A stretch of DNA of 64,000 nt from Clostridiaceae bacterium (GTDB lineage: Bacteria; Bacillota; Clostridia; Saccharofermentanales; UBA5734), in assembly GCA_012523135.1 (NCBI GenBank), contig JAAYJD010000058.1:8251-72250 (forward strand). Reading direction: 5' to 3'. The first letter of the stretch is position 1, and the number at the start of each line of letters is the position of its first letter. The notes beneath the pieces are model-generated. The model worked only from the letters and a program-made list of their open reading frames with translations. It did not search any database and was not told the origin of the DNA. Positions 1-8,496 of this stretch are shown in pieces. The translations under genes were made by a program, and so were the position numbers.

Positions 1-1250
1 ACCTCGCGGGCGGTGACGCGGCCGGTTTGGGCCAGGTCTCGCAGCATGGCGACCAGCGGCTCGTTCAGCTCGGCCAAGTTGCAGGAAAAGGCGGGCCAGT
101 AGTTCATCTCCGTGTTGATGTTGACCGTGTAGTTCGAATTCCAGGGCGGCCTCACCTCCTGGTTCCAGATCCCCTGCAGGTTGGTCGGCTGGGTGCCCGG
201 ACGCGATGACGCGATCATCAGGTAGCGGCCATACTGGAAGAGCAAGGTGTAAAGCGACGGATCGGCCGGATCCTCGCGGAACAGGCGTAACCGTTCGTCG
301 GTCGGCAGTGCGTCGCGCTCGGAGCGGCCCAAATCGAGGCTGACCCGGCCAAACAGCGCCTGGTGGTCGGCGACATGCGCTGCGCGCAGCGTGGCATAGG
401 GCAACGCAGCCGCCGTATCCACCTGCGTTTGGCAGGCCGCGGCATACTCCGCGCCATCCAGGTACGGATGCCTGGTAAAGCCGTTGAAGCTGGTCCTCAC
501 GGTCAGCAATAGCGTCAGGGCGTCAGCTGCGCGAATCTGCAGCACACCCTCCCCGGTCGTAACAGAGCCGCCTTCCGGCAAAGCCCGAACCCGGGTTGTG
601 AACCGGATGCCTCGCGCGGCGGGGTCTTCCGAATAGGTGATGGTCTTGTCCTGGTTCTGGTCGTAGATCCGCTCCAGGTGACCAGGCGCCTCGCCGCTCA
701 GGCTGAGGGTGTCGCCCCGGGCCTGGCAGTCAGAGCGCAGCGGGCTTTGCAGGGCCAGGTCCAGCTCGATCGATCCCGGCCGGTTTGCAGTCAGGCGGAC
801 AACAAGCACCTGATGCGGTGCCGAAACAAAAATTTCGCGGCTGTAGGTCACGCCGCTCCGCTCGTAGGACACCGAAGCGATCGCCCGGTCGAGATCCAGC
901 TGCCGGCGATACTGGCTGACCGGCCCGGCCGCGCTGGAACCGGCAAAGCGCAGGTTCAGGTCGCCCAGGGGCAGATAGGCCTGGCTCCAACCGGACGTCA
1001 GCTCCTGTTCGATCCGGGTTTGGGCCTCGTGGTAACGGCGCTGCAGGGCCAGTTCGACAACCTGGCGATAGACGTCCGCCTTGCCCTTCGGATTCAGGTC
1101 GCGGGGGGTACCGGACCACAGCGTGTCCTCGTTCAAGGCCAGACGCTCCTGGTCCGGATCACCAAAAACCATAGCGCCGATGCGGCCGTTGCCGAGCGGC
1201 AGCGCTTCTGTCCAGAGCCGGGCGGGTTCCTGATACCATAATGTCAACAT
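1..1250 (-). CDS. Glycoside hydrolase family 95 (alpha-L-fucosidase-like), N-terminal about 416 aa; the 3' end runs off the left edge
   Basis: Absent from the ORF track because it has no stop in the window. My translation of the minus strand from the ATG at 1250-1248 gives MLTLWYQEPARLWTEALPLGNGRIGAMVFGDPDQERLALNEDTLWSG ... NLQGIWNQE ... NINTEMNYWP. These are GH95 N-terminal and catalytic-region signatures. The start overlaps the upstream stop by 7 nt. Confidence 0.8.
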   Translation of the reverse strand, partial: MLTLWYQEPARLWTEALPLGNGRIGAMVFGDPDQERLALNEDTLWSGTPRDLNPKGKADVYRQVVELALQRRYHEAQTRIEQELTSGWSQAYLPLGDLNLRFAGSSAAGPVSQYRRQLDLDRAIASVSYERSGVTYSREIFVSAPHQVLVVRLTANRPGSIELDLALQSPLRSDCQARGDTLSLSGEAPGHLERIYDQNQDKTITYSEDPAARGIRFTTRVRALPEGGSVTTGEGVLQIRAADALTLLLTVRTSFNGFTRHPYLDGAEYAAACQTQVDTAAALPYATLRAAHVADHQALFGRVSLDLGRSERDALPTDERLRLFREDPADPSLYTLLFQYGRYLMIASSRPGTQPTNLQGIWNQEVRPPWNSNYTVNINTEMNYWPAFSCNLAELNEPLVAMLRDLAQTGRVTARE

Positions 1251-1966
1251 GATCGATTGTCCTTCCTTGTTCCATCAGCGGCGCAAAGCGCCAGCCAGCG
1301 TTGAAAAAGCGGCAGCATGTCGGTCAAACCCGGTCTGCCGAGCATGCGTTCCGGATGCCACTGAACTGCTTCGATGATCCGTGTTTCATGGGTTATGGCT
1401 TCGATGACACCGTCTTCCGACCAGGCGATGGCGTGAAACCCGGGCGCCAGATGGCGGACGGCCTGGTGATGGCTGCTGTTTGCTTCGATCACGGACCCGA
1501 ACAGCGCGGCCAGCTCGCTGGCTGCGTCCAACTGCACCTGGTGGGGCCGGCGGTGATCCCTCAGGCCGGGGCACTGGGTCTTCAGGTCCTGCCAGAGGGT
1601 CCCGCCTGCCGTCACGTTGATCAGCTGGATGCCGCGGCAGATGCCGAAAATCGGTTTGCCTGCGGTGAAAAAAGCCCGGTAGAGCCCACTTTCCAGCTCG
1701 TCCAGACGGCTGTCGCAGGTCACGGTTTCCGACAGGACGGCCTGCCCGTACCGGGCCGGATCCAGGTCAATGCCACCGGTCAGGAGCAGCCCGTCAGCTA
1801 GTTGGACGTAGCCTTTGGGATCGGCGTTTCCGGCCAGAACGGGGATACCGCCGGCCAGGGTCACGGCTTGGAAATAGCTTTCCTTGAGCCGGACCAGCTG
1901 GTCCTGGCCGGATGCAGGATCGGAGCTGAACTTGGGGGTCAATAAGATTACCGGGTCCATACACAC
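1244..1966 (-). CDS. Class I glutamine amidotransferase-like / peptidase C26 (gamma-glutamyl-GABA hydrolase family)
   Basis: 240 aa. Motifs GICRGIQLINVTAGGTL (nucleophile Cys), SSHHQAV and VQWHPE. RBS GAGGTG lies upstream of the ATG. Confidence 0.85.
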   Translation of the reverse strand: MCMDPVILLTPKFSSDPASGQDQLVRLKESYFQAVTLAGGIPVLAGNADPKGYVQLADGLLLTGGIDLDPARYGQAVLSETVTCDSRLDELESGLYRAFFTAGKPIFGICRGIQLINVTAGGTLWQDLKTQCPGLRDHRRPHQVQLDAASELAALFGSVIEANSSHHQAVRHLAPGFHAIAWSEDGVIEAITHETRIIEAVQWHPERMLGRPGLTDMLPLFQRWLALCAADGTRKDNRSC

Positions 1967-1990
1967 CTCGCAACGGTAACTGTACCCTCG

Positions 1991-2019
1991 ATTATGGTTG
2001 AGCGGTTCTGTTCCGTCAA
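1991..2019 (-). promoter_or_regulatory. Sigma-A-type promoter for the C26/GH95 genes
   Basis: On the minus strand: TTGACG (2019-2014), 17-nt spacer, CATAAT (1996-1991). It sits about 25 nt upstream of the start at 1966. Confidence 0.55.
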
Positions 2020-2110
2020 GGATACAAAAGCGTAGGCGCAGCGTTCACCATGGACGCGGCCATGTACAACAGACAGCCAGTTTTGTCCGGCTGCGCTGCC
2101 GCCAAACGAC

Positions 2111-2143
2111 AAAAAACCCCCCGGTCATGAACTGAACGGGGGG
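2111..2143 (-). terminator. Rho-independent terminator downstream of the ECF sigma operon
   Basis: On the minus strand: a 7-bp G/C stem (2143-2137 pairs with 2123-2117), a 13-nt loop, then a run of six T (2116-2111). It lies 25 nt after the stop at 2168. Confidence 0.7.
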
Positions 2144-2167
2144 GTCTTTCAGCAATCGTTTCTTTGT

Positions 2168-2629
2168 TCAGGTTTCCTGTTCGCCGACGATGGCTTCGTC
2201 TCCCATGGCGGCTTTGCGCGCTTCCTTGATCGCCTTAGCCAGGTCGCGGATTCTCATGGGGGCTTCCGGATTCGTAAACCAGGTGTGAATATCCGCACGC
2301 GTTTGCTCGGTCAGCGCCGACAGCTTATCGAACAGGTTGACATGTCCGGGCGGGATCCCCCACGCCCTGGCCTGCTCATTGCGCACGGCCACAAACAAGG
2401 CCCGCTCGCTCATTTCTTCCGGGTCTTCGCTTTCCGGTTCCTCCAGGTCCTCAGAATCCGGTGTTTTGATCTTCACTCGGTTGGCTTTGGCCTGGTGGGC
2501 CCTGACAGACGCCTGCGACGGAAGATTTTCATTTTCATCCGTTTCGTCTGCCATGACCGCCATTGGCAGTGCTGTGACTAAGAGCAGCAGTACCGATAGG
2601 AACAGCAGAATCTGGCGTGTTTTTTTCAT
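2168..2629 (-). CDS. Secreted acidic hypothetical protein, third gene of the ECF sigma operon
   Basis: 153 aa. Signal peptide MKKTRQILLFLSVLLLLVTALPMAVMA, followed by an Asp/Glu-rich stretch. ATGA overlap with the anti-sigma stop (2626-2629). Shares the motif AR.(W/L)GI.PG..NL..KL with the anti-sigma C-terminus. Confidence 0.7.
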   Translation of the reverse strand: MKKTRQILLFLSVLLLLVTALPMAVMADETDENENLPSQASVRAHQAKANRVKIKTPDSEDLEEPESEDPEEMSERALFVAVRNEQARAWGIPPGHVNLFDKLSALTEQTRADIHTWFTNPEAPMRIRDLAKAIKEARKAAMGDEAIVGEQET

Positions 2630-3429
2630 GGCTTGTTTCCTCCTTTACCTTGGTTGGCTTTGTCGTTACGGCGGTTTTCTTTATCAACATCCCGGGTGGC
2701 TTTTTCCGCTTCCCGTTCTTGTTGCTTCAGCTGGTTGATGCGCTGCATCAGGGACGCGAGATCTGTTTCCAGGTAATCGCCGGTCTCGCTCTCCGGATCG
2801 AGTTCTTGCAGTTTTTCGATCAGGTTCATCCGGCCTGGCGATATTCCGAGCTCGCGCGCCTGGGCGACCCGGGCCAGCGCGGTATGTGATGACAAAATTT
2901 CAGCAGGCTGGCCGGTTTCGTCAAGCGCCTGGCGGGCCGCCTTCTCGGCGGCTTTGGCCAGCTGGTTGCGGGCCGGCACCAGGTCGGCTGACGTCGTCAG
3001 AGCGATCAGGGACGAGCCGTCCCCGGCCAGGTACCCCTGCCGGGCCGCCATGGCAATAACCGCGCCGACGGCAGTCCGGACTGATTTATCTTCCAGCGCG
3101 AGCGCCGCCACGATCGCCTGGCCGGCCGGGTTGAAACCCCGGGCGGCGATGACCCGGTTGTAGAGGTTGACATCCAGCCCGATGCCGGGGTTGATGTCGA
3201 TGCTGACGGCGGCGACTGGAATCCGAACCGAAACCAGGCTGGCGGCGAGCAGGCAAACGGCAAGCATAACCAGGACAGACGATCGCAGCGCCAGACGACG
3301 GCGCAGACGGGCAGGCGCCCTGCCAAGCAGTTTCTGGCGCGTCGCGGCCACCAGGGGTTCGTCTGCCCGGATCGCCGCAAAAGCCTTTCGGATTTCAGCG
3401 TTCATCTCCATTGCCTCTCCATTGTTCAC
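2626..3429 (-). CDS. Anti-sigma factor (single-pass membrane protein)
   Basis: 267 aa. It lies directly downstream of the ECF sigma gene and overlaps it. It has a short cytoplasmic N-terminus, one TM helix (SSVLVMLAVCLLAASLVSV) and an extracytoplasmic domain with a charged coiled tail. The true start may be one of the in-frame Met codons 6-8 residues downstream. Confidence 0.7.
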   Translation of the reverse strand: MNNGEAMEMNAEIRKAFAAIRADEPLVAATRQKLLGRAPARLRRRLALRSSVLVMLAVCLLAASLVSVRIPVAAVSIDINPGIGLDVNLYNRVIAARGFNPAGQAIVAALALEDKSVRTAVGAVIAMAARQGYLAGDGSSLIALTTSADLVPARNQLAKAAEKAARQALDETGQPAEILSSHTALARVAQARELGISPGRMNLIEKLQELDPESETGDYLETDLASLMQRINQLKQQEREAEKATRDVDKENRRNDKANQGKGGNKP

Positions 3430-3931
3430 CTAATTTCTTCCTGGCCCGATGCAGGTGCGAGTACACGGTATTGGGCTTTTGTTTCAGCACACGGGCGATC
3501 TCCTCCGCCGTATAGCCCTCATAGTCGTGCAGGTAGACGGCGGTCCGCTCCCGGACCGGCAGCTGCAGCACGGCCTTGAGCAAACCCAGGTTTTCTGGCG
3601 GCATGTCCGCGGCCAGGTTCTCGTCGAGCGGCACGACCTGCCGGCGCCAGAAACTGCGCCTGACATCCTTGCAGCTGTTGATCGCGACCCGGATCAGCCA
3701 GGCCTGCTCGTGCTGTTCGCTGGCAAAAGGTGTCTTGCGCTGCAGGTATTTCAAGAACACATCCTGAAACACATCCTCGACATCCTCCCGCCGTCTCAGA
3801 TAGAGAAAGCAGATCCTGCGGACCTGGTCGGCATACAATGCCAAGGCCCGGTCAATATCCTTCTCCCAATGCGCGTCCGCTGCGACCATCCACACAACCT
3901 TTCTGCTTTGTATACGCATCGGGCCAGACAA
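3395..3931 (-). CDS. ECF-type RNA polymerase sigma-70 family factor
   Basis: 178 aa. Region 2 (DVEDVFQDVFLKYLQ) and region 4 HTH (RTAVYLHDYEGYTAEEIARVLKQKPNTVYSHLHRARKKL). An alternative start at 3889 (MVAADAHW) has a better-placed AAAGG. Confidence 0.9.
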   Translation of the reverse strand: MSGPMRIQSRKVVWMVAADAHWEKDIDRALALYADQVRRICFLYLRRREDVEDVFQDVFLKYLQRKTPFASEQHEQAWLIRVAINSCKDVRRSFWRRQVVPLDENLAADMPPENLGLLKAVLQLPVRERTAVYLHDYEGYTAEEIARVLKQKPNTVYSHLHRARKKLGEQWRGNGDER

Positions 3932-4027
3932 TCCTTGCGCTTTTTATGCAGGCCGCAAATAATTCGTCACTTGATACAAATCCAAGAGATCATCATTGGG
4001 CCATGTGTCGTATTCGCTTCAGATGGG

Positions 4028-5038
4028 TCAAGCCATGTGCTCCAGCATCTCCGGTCGGATCTCAAAAGACAGGAGTCCTTTGACCAGGCAATTATGCGTC
4101 TGCACAATGGCGTTGGCCCCCAGCCGCTTGCGCCCGTTCAAGGTATGGCCGCCGGCGATATGCGAGGTCAGGACGACATTGGGCAGTGAACGGAACGGGT
4201 GGTCGGCAGCCGGCGGTTCCGGGTCGGTCACATCGATGCACGCCTGGATCCGGCCGGTTTTTAGCTCCTTAATCAGGGCCGGTTCGTCAACCAGCAAGCC
4301 GCGCGCGGTGTTGATCAGCAAGGCGCCATCTTTGAGCAGCGGCAGGTTGCGGCTGTTCAGCAAGTGGCGGCAATCCGGATTGGCCGGCGCGTGCAGCGAA
4401 ACCACGTCACATGCTGCCAGCAGCGCGTCCAGCTCCATCCCGGTGACCTTCCAGCGGCGCATTTCAGCCGGGCAGACATAGGGATCCCAGACCCGGATAT
4501 CGCAATCGAAGAACGTGAACAGCCGGATCACTTCCTTACAGACCGATGAAAAGCCAACCAGGCCGATCTTCAGGCCGTTCAGCCGGCGCGTCGCGTGGAC
4601 ATTCGCCTCGCCGCCCAGCCATTTGCCGGCCCGCGTGGCAGCCGCGTTCTCCCACAGGCGTCCGAGCGATGTCAGCGTCAGGGCCAGCACAGTCTGGGCC
4701 ACGTCTTCGGCGATCACCGGCGCGTTGCTGGTAACGCGGCAGCCAGTCTGCCATAATTCCGGCGGGATCAGGTTCCGGATGCTGCCGGCCGCATGGGCGA
4801 CCAGCTTCAGGTTTGGCGCGGCTTCAAGCATCGCCGGCGTGATCGATGGCGTCCCCCAGCAGGTGATGCAGGCGTCAGCGCCGCGGATCAGCTCCAGCAT
4901 TTTATCTGCCGTCAAGACCTCCGGCAGGTCCCGCGGGTCGTTGATCGCGGCAAAACGCCTGAGATCCGCCAGATCTTCCTCGGCAAAAATACTTGCGGCC
5001 ATCGGCCGGTTCAACAGGATCGCCACCTTATGCTTCAT
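4028..5038 (-). CDS. D-isomer-specific 2-hydroxyacid dehydrogenase family (NAD-binding)
   Basis: The ORF-track entry 4028..5128 is trimmed to the ATG at 5038 (MKHKVAILL), which has GGGGGAGG upstream. Motifs GLVGFSSVCKEV, LINTARGLLVDEPAL, DVTDPEPP and LTSHIAG. Confidence 0.9.
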   Translation of the reverse strand: MKHKVAILLNRPMAASIFAEEDLADLRRFAAINDPRDLPEVLTADKMLELIRGADACITCWGTPSITPAMLEAAPNLKLVAHAAGSIRNLIPPELWQTGCRVTSNAPVIAEDVAQTVLALTLTSLGRLWENAAATRAGKWLGGEANVHATRRLNGLKIGLVGFSSVCKEVIRLFTFFDCDIRVWDPYVCPAEMRRWKVTGMELDALLAACDVVSLHAPANPDCRHLLNSRNLPLLKDGALLINTARGLLVDEPALIKELKTGRIQACIDVTDPEPPAADHPFRSLPNVVLTSHIAGGHTLNGRKRLGANAIVQTHNCLVKGLLSFEIRPEMLEHMA

Positions 5039-5039
5039 C

Positions 5040-5852
5040 TTAAGCCTCCCCCTTTTGCAGGCTGTCCCGCAAATCGCGCAGATAAACGACATCCTGGGCC
5101 AGGTATTCCAGAACCCGGTCCGTCTCACTGTATTCGGCCGGCATGCACAAAGCCCCGCGATAGCCTCGCTTCAGGGCATAGGCCAGGGCCTGCCGCCAAT
5201 TGGCGGCACCCTGCAAGGCTGGTGTGAAAAACGGTTTGAAGCGGGCCTGTTCGTCGTGCTGTTCCGGATTGACGCGTGCGTAGAACGCGTTCTTGAAGTT
5301 CATCAGCAGCAGGTGCTCCCACAAGATGTCCAGGGCTTTTTCGGGCAGCTCGCCGGCCAGAGCGCTGTGCGCGGCATCCCAGATGGCGCCGATCCGGCGC
5401 GGGTCGAACCCCTCGAGCACATGGCGCAGCTCCATGCTGGAAAACACACCTGAGCCGAAATGCTGCTGAATGCCGAGTTTGACCTGGTAGCGTTCGCAGA
5501 GCGGTTCCAGTCTGGTCAGTTCTTGCTTCCAGGTTTGTTCGGCGGCCAGGTAGCCCATCCCGGGTGGCGTGCCCAGCATGATGCGCAGCAGCGGCACACC
5601 GGCTTCCTGGCAGGCAGCGAAGGTCTCCTCACGGGTGTCACTGGCAACGCTGGCAATCGTCAGGTTGTATTGCGCCAGCGTCCTGGCCAGCCTGGGCAGG
5701 CCCTGCCGGGCATTTTCCGGATCGACCTGGTAGCCTGTGCGCAAAGGAAACTCAATCGCGTCAAAGCCTAACTGCTGCATTTTCGCACCGAGCTCGTCGG
5801 GGGACAGGTCTTTCCAGGGTTTGGTGAAAACGGACAAGGCTAGTGGTTTCAT
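5040..5852 (-). CDS. Sugar phosphate isomerase/epimerase (xylose-isomerase-like TIM barrel)
   Basis: Trimmed to the ATG at 5852 (MKPLALSVFTKPW), with GGGAGG upstream. Typical family layout (GFDAIEFPLR ... LGIQQH ... ICMPAEY). It stops 1 nt before the next gene start. Confidence 0.85.
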   Translation of the reverse strand: MKPLALSVFTKPWKDLSPDELGAKMQQLGFDAIEFPLRTGYQVDPENARQGLPRLARTLAQYNLTIASVASDTREETFAACQEAGVPLLRIMLGTPPGMGYLAAEQTWKQELTRLEPLCERYQVKLGIQQHFGSGVFSSMELRHVLEGFDPRRIGAIWDAAHSALAGELPEKALDILWEHLLLMNFKNAFYARVNPEQHDEQARFKPFFTPALQGAANWRQALAYALKRGYRGALCMPAEYSETDRVLEYLAQDVVYLRDLRDSLQKGEA

Positions 5853-5959
5853 AACGACCTCCCGGACAATCAAGATGCTTTCATTATAACAAACGGCGCC
5901 AATTGCATCTGCATCGGCCACGCGGTACAATTGGCGCATTGAAAAAACGGGGGCCGCGC

Positions 5960-6844
5960 ATGACATCTGAAAACAAACAAAAAAAAACTCTACCCGCCGG
6001 CCCGCTGGCGATCCTGGCGGCGGCTCTGCTCTGGAGCATGGCCGGGCTGCTGATCAAGTACCTCGACTGGCCGCCCCTGGCGATCGCGTCGGCGCGCAGC
6101 CTGCTGGCCTCGCTGGTTTTCCTGGCCTTTTTCCGCAAACGCCTTTGGGTCCGTCCGAACGCCGTGACTTGGCTGTCCGGCCTGGCCCTGATGCTGACAC
6201 AGGTCCTGTTCGTGGTCGCCAACAAGCTGACCACCGCAACCAATGCGATCATGCTGCAGTACACGGCGCCGGTCTTCGTGGTGCTGATCGGCGTCTTTTT
6301 CTACCAGGCCCGGCCGAAACGCCGGGAAATCGTCGCCCTGGTCTGGGCCATGGCAGGGGTTGCCCTGTTCTTTGCCGAACGTCTGGATGCCGGCGGCATG
6401 GCCGGCAACCTGATCGCCGTTTTCACAGGTCTGACTTTCGCCGCTGTTTTTGTCCTGAACAGCAGGCCGGAATGCCAGGTGCCCGCGGCTTTGCTGATCG
6501 GGCAGATCGGAACCTTCCTGATCGGTCTGCCGCAGCTGCTGCTCCTGGCACCGGGATCCTGGAACAGCCGGTCGTTGCCGGCTATCCTGATCCTCGGATT
6601 TTTCCAGTTGGGTCTGGCCTACATACTCTTCCAGGTTGGCATCCGGCGCACCCGGCCGCTCAACGCCAGCCTGCTGGCGATCGTGGAGCCGCTGATGAGT
6701 CCGGTCTGGGTGTTTCTCGTCCTGAACGAAAAGCCCGGCCTGCTGGCCCTGGCCGGAGCGGCGGTGATCATCTCCGCCGTGGTCTACCTCAATACCAGCA
6801 AGATCGCGCCGGCCGAATCCGTCAATTCCCGCACTCGATACTGA
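5960..6844 (+). CDS. DMT superfamily (EamA-like) transporter
   Basis: About 294 aa from MTSENKQKK. About ten hydrophobic segments and a duplicated EamA-like pattern. The 3' end overlaps the convergent ABC ATPase gene by 23 nt. Confidence 0.8.
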   Translation: MTSENKQKKTLPAGPLAILAAALLWSMAGLLIKYLDWPPLAIASARSLLASLVFLAFFRKRLWVRPNAVTWLSGLALMLTQVLFVVANKLTTATNAIMLQYTAPVFVVLIGVFFYQARPKRREIVALVWAMAGVALFFAERLDAGGMAGNLIAVFTGLTFAAVFVLNSRPECQVPAALLIGQIGTFLIGLPQLLLLAPGSWNSRSLPAILILGFFQLGLAYILFQVGIRRTRPLNASLLAIVEPLMSPVWVFLVLNEKPGLLALAGAAVIISAVVYLNTSKIAPAESVNSRTRY

Positions 6845-7595
6845 TTTCCGTAAAGATGTGCAAAACGTCGTCGACGGCCAGAGCCGCCTTTTCGGCGCCG
6901 GCTTTTTCGTAGATAACCCGGCCCTCGTTCATCATGATCAGGCGGCTGCCGTACTGGACCGCGTAACGCAGGTTGTGCGTGACCATCATGGCCGTCAGGT
7001 TCTTCTCCCGGACGATCTTGTCTGTCAGGACCATGATCGTTTCGGCCGTCTTGGGATCGAGGGCCGCCGTATGCTCATCCAAAATGAGAAAGTCAACCGG
7101 GGTCAGGGTCGCCATGATCAGGGCGACGGCCTGGCGCTGGCCGCCGGACAAGGATTCCAGCTTGACATCGAGCTTGTCCTCCAGGCCGAGGCCCAGCGAG
7201 GCGAGCTGCTCACGGTAATAAGCCCGGCGTTTCTTGTTGATGCCGGCCGTCAGGTTGTAGCGCTGGCCCTTGTTGTCGGCCAAAGACATGTTCTCCAGGA
7301 TCGTCAGGCTGGGGCAGGTTCCCATGGCCGGATTTTGGTAGACCCGGCCGATCCGGTTGTAGCGTTTGTAATCCTGCTGACGGACGATGCTTTCGCCGCC
7401 GACCAGGACATCGCCGCCTTCGATCGGGATGCTGCCGCAGATGATGTTCAAGAGCGAGGTTTTGCCGCTGCCGTTGCTGCCGACGATCGAGAGGAATTCA
7501 CCGTTCTCAATCGTCAGGCTGAAATCCTCGAACAGGCACATTTCCGTGATCGTGCCGGGATTGTAGATCTTGGTGATGTTCTTGAGCTCAAGCAT
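6822..7595 (-). CDS. ABC transporter ATP-binding protein of the T-box-controlled importer
   Basis: 257 aa. Walker A GSNGSGKTS, signature LSGGQRQ, Walker B LILDEHTAALD. Confidence 0.9.
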   Translation of the reverse strand: MLELKNITKIYNPGTITEMCLFEDFSLTIENGEFLSIVGSNGSGKTSLLNIICGSIPIEGGDVLVGGESIVRQQDYKRYNRIGRVYQNPAMGTCPSLTILENMSLADNKGQRYNLTAGINKKRRAYYREQLASLGLGLEDKLDVKLESLSGGQRQAVALIMATLTPVDFLILDEHTAALDPKTAETIMVLTDKIVREKNLTAMMVTHNLRYAVQYGSRLIMMNEGRVIYEKAGAEKAALAVDDVLHIFTEISIECGN

Positions 7596-8484
7596 GGGCC
7601 TTGACCCCTCCCTTCCGGGCGTGGCCGAAGACCAGGATTCCCAGAAACAGCACGGCGGTCACGAGTTTAAGCAGGTTGGCCGGCAGCCCGATGCTGATGG
7701 CGATCTGGATGCAACCCTTGTAGAGGATGCTGCCGACCAGGACGGCCGTCGTGCCTTTGACAAAGCTCATCGAGCGGAACAGGGTCGTCCCGATGATGAC
7801 CGTCGCCAGGCCGAAAACCACCTGGCCGGTTCCCATGGTGCTGGAAAACGCGCGCTGCTCGTGGCAGACGATGGCGCCGGACAGGGCCACCAGGGCGTTG
7901 GCGATCACCAGGCCGGTGATTTTTACCAGGCCTTTGTCTTTGGCCAGCGAGGTGACCAGGACGCTGTTGTCGCCGACAGCCCGCAGCAGCAAGCCGTTCT
8001 TGGTCTTGAGGTACACATCCAGAACGAGCTTGCCGATCAGGGCGATCAGGAGCGACACGATCAGCTTGCGGTAGATCAGGGGCAGGGCACCCAGCAGGGC
8101 CATAACCGGATCGGCCGTGAAGATCGTGCTGGCGGCACGCTCGACGGTCATGTTGGAGCCGGCGATCTGCAGGTTGATTGAAAACAGCGCCGTCATGGTG
8201 ATGATGCCGGCCAGCAGGTCGCGCACATGGAGCCGGACATGGATCAGGCCGGTCACCAGGCCGGCCAGGGCGCCGATCGCGATGGCGATCAGCAGCGTCA
8301 GAAACGGATCGGTACCCCGGGTGAGCAGGACGGCGGTGACGGCAGCGCCCAGGGGGAAGCTGCCGTCGACCGTCAAGTCCGGAAAATCGAGAATCTTGTA
8401 GGTGATGTAGACCCCGTAGGAGAGCAGGGCGTAGATCAAGCCCTGCGTCAGGGTGCTGATGGCAAGGTCCAGCAAAACATTCAT
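7588..8484 (-). CDS. ABC transporter permease of the same importer
   Basis: 298 aa polytopic membrane protein. It overlaps the ATPase gene by 8 nt. Confidence 0.85.
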   Translation of the reverse strand: MNVLLDLAISTLTQGLIYALLSYGVYITYKILDFPDLTVDGSFPLGAAVTAVLLTRGTDPFLTLLIAIAIGALAGLVTGLIHVRLHVRDLLAGIITMTALFSINLQIAGSNMTVERAASTIFTADPVMALLGALPLIYRKLIVSLLIALIGKLVLDVYLKTKNGLLLRAVGDNSVLVTSLAKDKGLVKITGLVIANALVALSGAIVCHEQRAFSSTMGTGQVVFGLATVIIGTTLFRSMSFVKGTTAVLVGSILYKGCIQIAISIGLPANLLKLVTAVLFLGILVFGHARKGGVKAHA

Positions 8485-8496
8485 GGTTGCCCTTCT

